From the human T2T-CHM13v2.0 reference genome, Homo sapiens, in assembly GCF_009914755.1 (NCBI RefSeq), contig NC_060929.1: a stretch of 64,000 bases of DNA; one strand, 5' to 3'. Each line of letters begins with the position of its first letter. The first letter of the stretch is position 1. Positions 27,123 through 42,396 of this stretch are shown piece by piece. A model generated the notes under the pieces. The model saw nothing but the letters and a program-made list of their open reading frames with translations, searched no databases and was not told where the DNA came from. The translations under genes were made by a program, and so were the position numbers.

Positions 27123-27752
27123 TGTGTATACATATATATCACAGTTTCTTTATCCACTCATTGATCGATGGGCATTTAAGCTGGTTCCATATTTTGCAAA
27201 TGCAAATTGTGCTGCTATACACATGTGTGTTCAAATATCTTTTTTGTATAATAACTTCTTTTCCTCTAGGTAGATACCTAGCAGTGGGATTGCTAGATCA
27301 AACGGTAGATCTACTTTTAGTTCTTTAAGAAATCTCCACATTATTTTCCATAGTTGTTGTACTAGTTTGCATTCCCACCAACAGGGTAAAAGTGTTTCCT
27401 TTTCACTAACACTTGGTTGTATTTGGCTTTATTTCTGCGTTCTCTATTCTGTTCCATTGGTCTATGTGCCTATTTTTATACCAGTACCATGCTGTTTTCA
27501 TGACCATGGCCTTACAGATTAGTTTGAAGTTGGGTAATGTGATGCCTCCAGATTTGTTCTCTTTGCTTTGTCTTGCTTTGACTATGCAGGCTCTTTTTTG
27601 GTTCCATATTAATTTTAGGATTTTTTTTCTAGTTCTGTGAAGAATGATGGTGGCATTTTGATGGGAATTGCATTGAATTTGTAGACTGCTTTTAGCAGTA
27701 TGGTCATTTTCACAATATTGATTCTACCCACCCATGAGCATGGGATGTGTTT
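26699..27752 (-). mobile_element. L1PB 3' portion with an internal jump at ~27412 and an embedded (TG)n
   Basis: TTTGGGGAACAGGTGGTATTTGGTTACAT...; antisense ORF2 TCTCTATTCTGTTCCATTGG; probable TSD TTTCCTGGAAAATTTG / TTTCCCAGAAAATTTG. Confidence 0.9.
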
Positions 27753-28256
27753 GTTTCCCAGAAAATTTGACATTATCATTGTTAAATCCCATTTGTGGTT
27801 AACACATGTTGAAGAAGACCAATTGCCCTAGGATAATTAATCCCAGAATACAATTCCTTCAAATTCTCTTTTGTTTTCTCCCTTTTTTGTATTCTTGTTT
27901 CTACTGCCAAAATTTCCTATATGCTTTTAATCTGCTGTTGTATTGCATAAGCAAATGTTTGCATGAAAGTCTGAGACTGGCTTCATATTCCCACTAAGAA
28001 ATAAAACCTTAGGCTTAATACCAGTTATTTCCGATTTAAGGCTGCCTAGAGGACATAGTTACTTACTTATGCGTACATAATTCTGAATCAGGCAAAGGGT
28101 GTTATTTACTTCAGAAATTATTTGTAACTAAGACATTTCTAAGGCTTAGCCAATAGTCCACTTGTCTGGAGTAAAGGTAGATATGAAATACAGTGAAAGA
28201 ATGTTGCCTTTTCAGGATTTGTTGGTTTGTTGGTAGTAAAGTTTTATATTTAATGA

Positions 28257-28566
<310 letters not shown>

Positions 28567-28718
28567 TTGAAATGTAATTTTAAAAGGAATAAACTAGCAG
28601 AAAACTTATTGGCATTTTCATTATTTAAAGAATTTCATTAGGGTTCAGGGCCAAAGGTTCAGAGAGTACTTGCTGTACATCGGTGATTATTAACACGGTT
28701 TCATGTTAGAATCACTGA

Positions 28719-30315
28719 CAGGGCCAGCTTCATGGGCATGCCACTTGTGCCATTGCACAGAAGGGTCCTGTGCTTAGTTTAATGCTCTGCTGTTGCTTTC
28801 TTGAAATTCTTCATCATTTTGTCTGTGAATCTGTTTTACAGCGGAGTCCTGTGGAATGATAGCGCATGTGTGGCATGCCATTCCAGTCATTTCTTGCCTT
28901 TCCAATTTGTGTGGAACATTCATGAAGCTCCATTAGCCCAGAATTCCAGTGGAGTTCATGGGAGTTGAGCAAGATTCAAAGTGCACATTGCTGGGGAGGT
29001 AGATTTAAAAATGAAATTTTCTCCCTATCCAGAAAATCTCTCCATAAAGGTAGAAGAGGAAAACAAGTTTTATTATTGAATAAGCACTCAATCAGAATGT
29101 GATATATGTTATTAGCCAATCTGCTCAAGAAATTGCAAAAACAGAAATCTCATTTTTTTATATAACCAGGTGAATACAACCCGTTACATGCATGTTCTCA
29201 AGATAAACAATAATTAGTCCTCAAGTAAGAGGACTTGACAGCACCATTTGTCACATATAGTTCATCCTAAATTCACTTGGTAACTGGAGTGACCATCTGT
29301 GTTAGCTAATTGGCTTTAGCCAAAGGAAAAAAAAAACTTCTATATATTTATGACAGGAGGTAGTTTTGGAGCAACTCCCTGAAGAAGCTTGTCTCCTCCA
29401 CTACCACAGAAACTGGGAGACAGGGGCTTGTCCTTGAGAAAGACATTCCTGTGTCATAAAGCTATCAAAGAAAGTATTTAGTTTTTAAAAGATTTACATA
29501 CATATCAAAGAGAAAGAGAAAGAATTTACAATTACAAATGTTTAAAGTAAATGCTAGTAGAAAAGGGAAGGATGAGACTTCTTATTTTCAACAGGGAGAA
29601 TTAAGCCTCTAAGTTGTATTTACCCTTACAATGTGATTGAGAATGTGGGGGTGCTGAGAGAGGGGGTGCAGAGAGGCCACACTTTACATTCAAACCAACA
29701 CCTGCTTTAAATTCGAAAAGAAGGCAATGGCAACCAAGGAATCATATTATCCCTTCTCCCTTCTTTACTTGTGTTCATTATCTGTATTCACCAATCACTT
29801 ATGTTAAAGATGGTGACATAGAAAAAAGAGGCCTTTCATAGTTCCTTTTCTTTTCAGTCCTTCTTTTTCATCAAAGCAGAAGGTAGAGAGTGTTGGCAGA
29901 ATGTGTGCATATCCAGAAATGAAATAAAAACAGTTGAGCTAGTTTTGCAGTTTTTCACTGTCCTGATAAGAAAAAAATATATACATACAAGTATGAGCTA
30001 CACAGTAGCAATTATGTAATTCCAGTAATTCCACTTACAGGTTAAATATGCTTATATGTACATTGAAAACTGTCATTGTACAATACAAAGATGAACAATA
30101 AAATTTATTCTAACTTAAGTTTTATACTTCTTATAATAATGGCATTAAATAGCAAGTAAAATATACCATGACAAGTTGAGAAAGACAGATCATGGGAAAG
30201 GAGGAAAAGCTCTCTGTTCTTGTATTTTTATCGGCACATTTTCTCCTGCTTTTTGAACAAGGGGCCACACATTTTTGCTGTGCATGGGACTCTGCAAATG
30301 ACATAGGCAGCTCTG
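28719..30315 (+). mobile_element. MER45-family hAT-Tip100 DNA transposon, interrupted by an LTR and nested in a MER5-like element
   Basis: CAGGGCCAGCTTCATGGGC start; TTTTTGAACAAGGGGCC...GCAGCTCTG end; decayed 8-bp TSD ATCACTGA / ATCCCTGG. Confidence 0.8.
28989..29630 (-). mobile_element. ERV1-class solo LTR (MER67-like)
   Basis: Reverse complement starts TGTAAGGGTAAATACAA...AGAGGCTTAATTCTCCCTGTTGAAAATAAG; TG...CA termini. Confidence 0.7.
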
Positions 30316-30479
30316 ATCCCTGGTGGAGCTTTAAAAACTGAGGCTCCTACTTTCTATACCTCAGGACCATAGAATAACAGCCTCCAGACAGAGGGCCCAG
30401 CCATCTGTACTTTTAAAATTTAAATTAAAATAGAGGTTTCGGCTGAATACCTCTATTTAAGAACCAGTACCACAGACGG

Positions 30480-31600
30480 TTAGGAGAAGACTGTGCTGTT
30501 CAGAGTGATCAGAAAGGGCTTAATGAAGAATTTTAATAGAGCCATGAAGGAAAAATAAGATTTAGTTGAAAGTTTAAGTGTGATGGCATTAAGGCTAAGC
30601 ACATAATGAAGAAAAATGTTAAGAAGGTGTCAAATACACTGTTTAAAAAGTATAGCAAGGAGACTGTTTTAGGCAAAAAAAGTAGGTGAATGATTGGGCA
30701 GATGACTCCCAAATTGTTAAAGACTTTTAGGGTGAAGCCTAGTCTTGAAAACACTGGGGAGCACAGAATATTTCTAAGAAATGGACTTGGTACCTAATGC
30801 AGGAGAAACTGTTGAAAGGAAAGATGGGAGGCAGGAAAGACAGAGTGTACATACTGCAGAGCTCCAGGCAAGAGATGAATAAGGCCTAGATCAGCATTGT
30901 ATTTTTTTAAAATGCAATTTAACAAATGTAAAAAACAACAAACTGATGGCATGAAAAATATCACCTGAAGTGCATCCCATTATCTGAATGTTAGCCAAAA
31001 CAAATCAACATGTCTTTCAGCACATGTTAAGGGTTAAAGATTATTTAAAACATAATGTATTCTTTTGAAAATTATAATTGATTTTACAGTTCAACTTTAC
31101 AAAATGTATGTGGAAATAATCATTTCATAACTTTTAAATCTGAAGATGCAAAACAGCCTGCAGAATATTTAGTGGGTTGCAAGGGACTATGAGCTCCTTA
31201 GATGACTGAGCAAAACTGGACCAGATAATGGCAATGGCCCAAATAAAGAAGCTGAAAGAGCAGAAGCAAGAAAGGATATGAAAAGATAATCATAGAATTT
31301 GTTGGCTGATTGACTGCAAATAACTAAGGAATGATGAAAGAAAAAAACTGGGAGAATGGTGTTGCCAAAGACAAAAACTGGGATTTCAGAAAAGAGAATA
31401 AATTTAGTTTTAGATAAGGTGATTTTAATATAATGTTGGAGCAGGTCAGTGGAAATTCCCAAGTGCCATTCATACCAGCCATACAGTCAGAGTTCATAAA
31501 AAGAGGTTATCACTCAGGTAAAGTCTGCTAATAGGGATTCTATTTTATAAAATAAAATTTGAATAAAAGATGCTTGAAGTTATGAGAGTAGGTAAACCCT
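30480..31600 (-). mobile_element. L2 fragments (discontinuous)
   Basis: Purine-rich antisense L2 motifs (GATGAATAAGGCCTAGATCAG, AATTTAGTTTTAGATAAGGTGATTTT). Confidence 0.5.
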
Positions 31601-32139
31601 TCAAAGGAGAAGCTTTAAATAGAGAAGATCTTGGCAAAAATGAATAGAGGTGATTATCAAAGGCGGAGAAGAAAAAATTCACTGAGATTTCAATAAATCT
31701 AGTTTGATACAGAGTTGCAGGAATCAACTAAATTTTTTGTCTAAAATGCACATTCACTAGACAGCAAGTTGCTGTGTCTGAATTCTGCACACATCTTTCC
31801 AATAATTATTTTTTCTTATCCTTTCATTGCGTTCCTTTCAATTACATGCTTATTTTGATATTTCAGCATTTGGGGGTCTCCCTTTGTAGGAGAACAATAA
31901 AAGCTTATCTTTTATTGTTCAAAGCATTTATGTTAATGCAAGTAGGAAAGACAAAGTTGCATTTTAAATATCTATTAATGTTTATTATTGTCACAAAGCA
32001 AGAATATTTAGCATAATTGATAGTCCTATTACCTAAAATATTCTCTTAGTTATATTTCCTGATGGAAACTTTTCATTGTCATTTTATGTTGTATATCCCT
32101 TACAGAGAGTAGTTCAAAAATTTTGAATGTGGGAGATAA

Positions 32140-34490
<2,351 letters not shown>

Positions 34491-37009
34491 CTTAGAAGAA
34501 CAGGCATAGACTTATAAATCAAGGACAGAAATAGCTGTGTGTGTCTCTACCCTTGTCCCACCTCTTGCCCCCTTGGGTCAAAGAATACATACACCCAACT
34601 ATCCCTATGAATGGGTACTTCTACCTCTGATGGCACAGGCTTGATAACAATTTAGCTACATCCTGCCCTGTCCCTGAGTATCTCCACACAAGCAGAAAAC
34701 TGGAGATTCATGTGGTTTTAAAAATGTGTTACTCTTCATCCTTTCATCTCTGCCTACTGCAGAAAAGGGTAATGGATTTACGATCGTGTGTTCATATTCT
34801 GTCACAGTAAATCAGCAGCCTTAAAAAGGGGTTTGGAGAAGAATATGGAAGAGAAAAATGATTTCTCACCAGTATTTTGGGGGAGAGGTGAGTTACTCAG
34901 TGAATTTGTTACAGCCATCAGCCTTGGAAATTGATCTGATTGCAATTTAGCCTAGATTTATTGATCAAACATGAGAAAGATATTAAGCATCGAATTCAGT
35001 CCTTTCTAGCCCTGACTGTTTAGATTCTTGTATTCTGGTGCCAATCTAAGTTTCTTTTTGTTTGTTTTAAAGGAAGGATGCAGTTCTCTGTTACGATTTT
35101 GAATGGGTCCCTCTGGCCTTGTCTCGGAAATGAACTAAAGTGTGGATTAGGTGACAGGCCTGATCTAAAGTTATGTATGTGAGAGGGGTAGGTGAGTGTA
35201 CTTTACTAACAGGTTCCTGGTATGGGCATTAGACTCCCAGAGATCATCCTCTGGGAGCAGAACCCTGAGACTTGCCTTGGTCCTGCCTAGACCTCCAGGG
35301 AGAGCCAGACTTGATGTGGCTCTTGGCTATAGGAAAGGGAACAGACTGTGCTGGGGAATTTGCAACTTGGAAAGTCTATTTTAAAAAAATGTGGGCTGGC
35401 AAATTTTGATGTCTTTACAAGGCTGCATGTAAGATAATTAAACCTAATTTATCTTAAAAACAAAAAAACAAAAAAAAAACTTCATGTTTCTATTGACTTC
35501 GTCTTAAAACTAACCCCCAAATAAAACCTTACACCTCTTAGTTGTTGACTCATTGTTAAACTGGAAAGCCAGAAATTCTTTATTTCAAGCCCAATTTTAG
35601 TTCAGTTTCTTTTATAAAATGGAAAAAATAACTAACTTTATCAAGTCCCATCAGGTTATTCCATCACTGGAGAATAACAATCCTAACCTTTCTTTCAGAT
35701 GTTTCTTAAGAATAACCAATAAGCACTAAGGAATCTTGCTGGGAAGTTACCAAATATTATGTAAATGATATTGATTAAAACAATTCAACCAATTTCATCA
35801 TGTTATGATGGTTAAACTTTATAGAAATATATTCTATTTTTAAAATTTTCATTTTAAACAAGAAAATTTCTACTTTTAAGATAGCGGGTTTTAAAGACAA
35901 TTTTTAGAATAACAGTAGAAGGTAAAAATCAATTTTATAAGATAGGATTGAGATACTAGAGTGAAAGGTAGTTGCTTGCTTAGAAACCCTAAAGAGACTT
36001 AGAAAAAAAAACCAGATTTCAGGGACAATTTGCAAACATTTGTAATATGCCTCATTATGCACATTTTATACATTTATAAAATTTCCACAGAAAATGTCTC
36101 AGCAGTTCCATGAATGAAATTAACCCACCAACTCTGAATATCAGAATTTATAAATGTATAAAATTTCCACAGAAAATGTCTCAAGTTTCATGAATGTTAA
36201 CCCACCAGCTCTGAATATCATGTGAAGATGGTACTTGAAAGAGGAAGAGGCTCTTCTTTATCACAACAACAATAACAACAACAACAACAAAACCCTCTCA
36301 ATTCAGTTAAATAAGGCATAAATGAGGTTTTCCTTTCTGTGGGGGAAGCACAGAAATGACTTTTTCTCCTGCTTTACAATCTCTCAATAGTTCTGTAGTC
36401 TTTTGCGTCTGGTCACATACACATAGTTTTCATTCTATCTGGTGCAATAATCTTCTTTCATTTCTTTAAGCAGCTAACTTGTACTTATCTATAAGAATGC
36501 ACAAAGATTTATACCCAAGAATGTGTAGGCTTCTCCTCCAATGGGCTACCATCTCAGGCCCTTCTGGTGTTCAGAAATTTCTCACACTTACTCTAATTGC
36601 TTGTCTGCCTTCCCCACTGTCTTGGAAGTCTCTGCTGGGGAGGGGGTGTCTATCTCAGGCAGAACTGTATCTCCTGCTTCCAGCAGAATGCTGAACATTT
36701 GATGTTTAAAATCAAACCAAAGCCTGTCTTCTCTATTAGGCTGGTTAATCAGGCAAAACTGCTTAGTGTAGTCTCTTTTATAAGATGAAAAATGTAACTA
36801 ACTTTATCAAGTCCCATCAGGTTATTCTATCATTGGAGAATAACAATCCTAACCTTTCTTTCAAATGTTACTTAAGAATAACTAATAAGCAATAATATTG
36901 TTCTTTTTTGTTTAGCAAACTATTCTTTGTCCTGGAACTGAGCCTCTTACCCTTTTCCCCTCAATCTGATCCTCTGCTGGAATCATTTCTACTTAGCTCA
37001 TAGGACTCA

Positions 37010-37272
37010 ATTTCGATAATATTCCATTTAAGGAAGCCTTCCTTGTGCTTCCAGCCATGTTTGGGTAACCCTCTGATGTGCTACTCCAGCACTCTACACT
37101 TTTCCTATGATAACCTTTATTGTCCAGTATTGCCACTGCCTTTTCTATGTCTTCTACCAGAATGTAAGCTCCATCATAGCAAGGACCATGCCACATTGCT
37201 AACCTTTGTATTTCTAGCATGTGGTACATGCTGGTATGTAGTATGTACTTAAGAAATATTTGTTGAGTGACT
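37010..37272 (+). mobile_element. L2 3' end
   Basis: AGAATGTAAGCTCCATCATAGCAAGGACC...AAATATTTGTTGAGTGA. Confidence 0.7.
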
Positions 37273-37702
37273 AGCATTACACTATTATAATTATGTTATA
37301 ATTACAAATGACCTTCTTCTTTTCAAGTTCTTGCTCTCCTCTCCATCATTTGTACATCTTCCAGGTTGGCCTTTCTTAAATTCTGCCTTCATCAACTTAT
37401 TGTTTGAAATCTTTTAATGCCACTTTAATGACTACATAATAAAACTTAAACTTCGTATCTAGATGTTAAGGCATTTTTTAAAATATGCCTCTACTAGTCT
37501 CACTTTTTGTCCTTCTACTTCTCTTTGTATCTTCCACTCAAAATAGGCCAGTTACCTTATTTTAGATTTATATGACTCTGAACCAAACCATATGTTCATT
37601 TGTGAGACTATGATTCTACTTTCAGTCCAACCCTAAAAATGCCTGCTCCATCCATAGTTCCCTTCTCTGCAGTTTTGACCATAGTCTCCCTTTCAAGAAG
37701 TC

Positions 37703-38141
37703 AGCTACTGTTTGAGTGTGTCTCCTCCAAAATTCATGTTGAAATTTGATCTCTAATGTGGCAGCATTGGAAGGTAGGAGTTAGTGGCAGGTATTTAGGT
37801 CATGGGGACAGATTCCTCATGAATGGCTCAATGCCATTCCCAGTAGTGAGAGAGTTCTCTCTCAGGTGAGACTGGATTAGTTCTTGTGAGAATGGATCAG
37901 TTTCTGTGAGAGTGGATTCTTATAAAGCCAGGATATTCCTCGGGTTTTGCCTCTTCTCATGTATCCACTTCCCCTTTGACCTTCTCCACCGTGTTATGAT
38001 GCAGCACAGTAAGCCCTCACCAGAAGCCAAGGCCACGCCCTTGAACTTCCTAGCCTGCAGAACCATGAACTAAATAAACCTTTTTTTAAAATAAATTACC
38101 CCATTTCTGATATTCTGTTATAACAATACAAAATGGACAAA
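37703..38141 (+). mobile_element. MST-family MaLR solo LTR
   Basis: CTCCAAAATTCATGTTGAAATTTGATC...GCCCTCACCAGAAGCC...AAATAAACC...AAATTACCC. Confidence 0.88.
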
Positions 38142-38209
38142 GAGTTTTTTTCACTAAAGTTACTATGTTGATACATATAAATTTTACCACCTCATTGACT
38201 GGGACTTTG

Positions 38210-38211
<2 letters not shown>

Positions 38212-38249
<38 letters not shown>
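38212..38249. repeat. (GT)n microsatellite
   Basis: About 19 units. Confidence 0.95.
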
Positions 38250-38251
<2 letters not shown>

Positions 38252-40302
38252 TCATGGTGGAGTTATTGATAAAATAACAGCAAATCTCTAGACTAGCTAG
38301 ATTCTGTGAAGTAGCCTGGAGTGCAAATTCTGCCAAGTATAGACAGCAGTGATCCAGGAACCAATCAGACTAATCTCATAAAAAAAGACTAAATGGGATA
38401 TTAGTTAGCCAAATAAATAATGAGAGAGATATAGCTAGACCGAAAGAGGGGTTGGGGGAGGGAGAGAAGGAGTAAAAAATAAGTTGGAGTAGAGAGGAAA
38501 CAGTTGATACATATGAGAAAAGTCGACAATGAGCTGTGTGTACAGAGCCCATGAGGCAACGGAAACTGTGAGGAAGAAGCAGAAAAATACACAGAATAGA
38601 GTGTGAGATGGTTGGTAGCAGCTCAAAAATCAGGAATTAATGACTCTCTGCTGCTGTGGAGCTATGAGATAACCGGCTCACCAGTGCCAACTAGACAATG
38701 AATAACCTTCCAGTTCCTGGGCCATGAGCCAGTCTCCACAAAATCAACTGTACTATTTGTTCCATTTCCATAATGCCCAATGTATGGCCCAGATTGGAAC
38801 CGCCCTTATTTCCACTTGTACTATCATAATAATCACATATTCAATTTGAGGTATCCTGAGTGAATCTCTGTTACTGTCACCCTGAAAAGCTTCACATAGA
38901 TTCATTTTGCCTTCATAAAGCAGTAAAGTACAATTTATTTTGGAGTAATCTCATGAAACAGAAATAACATTCAACTTTCAACCTATAGAACCACAATACA
39001 GCTTCTTGTATCATGTAGTTTCTGGAACCCAAATTTTATAAGCTGTTCCATTACTACAAAAAGTGAATGAGCATCTTGCTTTGCTAAAAAATGGTTTCCC
39101 TATTAAGTTTCATACATACTGAGTCTTTGTTTTGGGGGGTACAAAATAGTTACTGAATTGTGTGAGTCCTATAATTACTTTTCAACATTGACAGGTAAGA
39201 TTGAATGTTAAGTAAAGTAATTCTTTCAAGTGCATTACAAGTACTACATACTTATTCAAAATTACTTGGCTTATCTGGTCAATACTCTGCAAATTAATTG
39301 AGGCAATTGATTCCTGGTGCTCACTGGGAATAAAAAAAACAAGGAGCTTTACATGAAGTAATTATAGAGCCTAAAACCACATATTGTTGAGAAAAACAGT
39401 ACAATAGTGTGGAATAAACACTTAGCTTGTGCTCCCAAACCTTCGCTACCCTTTCCTTCCTGAACTTAACATCACTTCTGTCTTATGCCTATGCCCGCCT
39501 TTAGACCCACTCTTGTCATCAGCCTTACTCTCTTTGTTCCTCTGTCCTTTCTACTGTTCTGCAAGACCCAGTCTCTGATGAATCCTTCTGAATTTGCCCC
39601 TTCTATTACTGGAATATTGAACACCACTGAGAAAATAAAACAATTATTAAGACATGTGTATCAGACATATACTCTTCAACCTCGGCTTGCTAAATATTTT
39701 TATGTGCTTGGTCAGCTGTCACTCGTATTCCCGTAGGAAAGAAACCAATATTGAGTTGCTCTTTTTGAGTCCCCTAACTCGGGTCCCACCTCTTTCAACG
39801 AAGACTTTGCTATACCTTTCATACACACATACACACTCAAAATATAACACCTCCTGCAAGGTACCTAAGTTTGAATCTATCTCTGACCTTCTGTTCAGTC
39901 TCTGAAGCTGGGACATATCAAAGCACAAACTCATCAAGTCCAGAAGGGAGTGCTGCCCACACAGGGTTTTGGAAGTATTCTGAGCAGGACAAATATTTTT
40001 CTGGGATATTTATTCTTCTCTTGATATTAGCAAAACTTTTGTTCAGAACTAATGTTAAACTGAAGCTCAGATGTGGTTGCAGGTTTTTTTTAAATTTTGA
40101 ATTACTGAATAATCACAAAGGGTTTTTTTCTATACAGTGATAAATAAGTGGAAATGATCTGATCCTTTCTCAGCCTTATCCTCACTGATACTGAGTCCCA
40201 GAGAAGCAAAGATCGGTTTACAAAAGGAAAATATAACTTAAAGAAATTAAAAACTAATGTTTCTCTAATTGGATGAAATTGGATTCGACTTGTTTCATCT
40301 CA

Positions 40303-40659
<357 letters not shown>

Positions 40660-41768
40660 TTAAGAAAGTAAGATACTGTGGCTTAGTTTAACATTTACTT
40701 TGACCTAAGCAAAGATCATGAAGTATTATCTTTGAAAACCAAATATTTTAAGATTGTAGGTATCCAGTAATTCCTTCATGTAATGTATTAATAGCTAAAA
40801 AAAGAGAGGATGAAGGAAAATTGCTTTGGAATTATTATTAACACAAACAAGATTCAGTTCTACATTATAGTCAATATATTATTAAACAATTTAAGCAATG
40901 ACTTAGAAGTAACAGATTTTTAAATTTTACCAAAAAATCTTTGCTTTTTGCCTCTTTCCTCTAAAAAGTCACACCAATATTAAGTATTTGGGACCCTTAA
41001 CATTCTCTACACCTTCATTCCCAGATTGTATAACTCAAAGATGCCATTTCTATGTAACTCAGTGGTAGTCCTAATATAGTAATTACAGTCACTATACTGT
41101 TATCATTAGTTATTATATATTCTACTTATTGAATAAACATCAATTTAGAATAATAATAATATTAATCTTAGCTAGAACTTCATACATGTCATGATTTCCT
41201 AAGAGTTGTGTATGATTTATTCTTATTTTGTAGGTGAGAAACTAAAGATTTCCATTATTAAGTAGCTAGGCCATAGTCAATAGATAGTATGTTGTTCAGT
41301 CAGGTTTTAACCTACACCAGCATAACCCAAATGCCACCTTTTAATAACTACACTATACTGGATTTTATCTTATAGGTACCCTACTCTTTAAGTGTGTTCC
41401 AATGCAGTAAGTATATCATTTGGCTTTGAGCATCAGTATATAAAGAAGACCTTATCAAGCCCATTTTATAAATTAAAATTCTGAAGTCCAGGTATATTAA
41501 GTGACTTCCCCAAAGTTATTTAGCTGGTCCGTGGCAGAGCTGGCTTCTTGATGGTGATTTCATCTATAGACTTTTCTAACAGATGGCCTCAAGGCATATG
41601 GCATATATGATTAGAGCCACAAAAAAGTCTCCTTTTGTTGTTACAGTTTCAATAAATAATCTTAATAACACTTATAATATTTTTCCAAAATGAGCTATCT
41701 TCATGCTTTTGAGGATAAATCATTTACCAAATCCTGTGAGTTAGTAATCATGCATATAAAGGTGATGA

Positions 41769-41837
41769 CTTATATTCTAACCTGTCTTATATTCTAACAT
41801 GCTTATATTCGTTCATGCTTATATTCCAACATGTCTT
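41769..41837. repeat. 16-17 bp minisatellite, about 4 copies
   Basis: CTTATATTCTAACATG variants in tandem. Confidence 0.85.
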
Positions 41838-42334
41838 TTCCATTTGATTTTCCAGATCCTCCTATATATTTTTTCTTCTTTTAATCAGTAATTTGAGGAT
41901 ATTTCACAGTCTTCAAAAATTTTTATAAAAAATATTGTCCAAAGTGTACTTTATAGATGATCATGTTAAGTAATATATGGATCATACTATTTTTAGTAAT
42001 TGACCTCTCTGAAAGGAACTGGTTGTTATGGTTACCATAGAAAACAGAGAAGGGGAAGGAGGATTCACTTTTAAATTGCTGTAGAGTTTTGTTTTGAGTG
42101 ATCACATTCACAATTTCCCAGCTGATTTATTTCACCATCCTCTCAGGAAACAAAGAACTAATATACATAAGCATGGAAAGTGCTATTTCTTAATTCTTTT
42201 GGTATATACTATATTCCAGATTCCAAAGATGTGGAACCTGCTATCCTTTTGTGTGCATACCCTTAAATAATTTACATAAGTGCTCTCACCTCTGAACACA
42301 CAATTATTTCATAATTTTCTTATGAAAATTATTT

Positions 42335-42396
42335 TCTTCTTTCTCAAACATTTGTATAGTTTAGAACTGTACTATACAAATGTTTGAGAAAGAAGA
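42335..42396. repeat. Perfect 26-bp inverted repeat with 10-nt spacer
   Basis: TCTTCTTTCTCAAACATTTGTATAGT-ttagaactgt-ACTATACAAATGTTTGAGAAAGAAGA. Confidence 0.97.

Noticed and set aside
38250-38880. Possible very old LTR
   Set aside because: Looks LTR-like, but I cannot assign a family or termini, so it is not listed as a feature.
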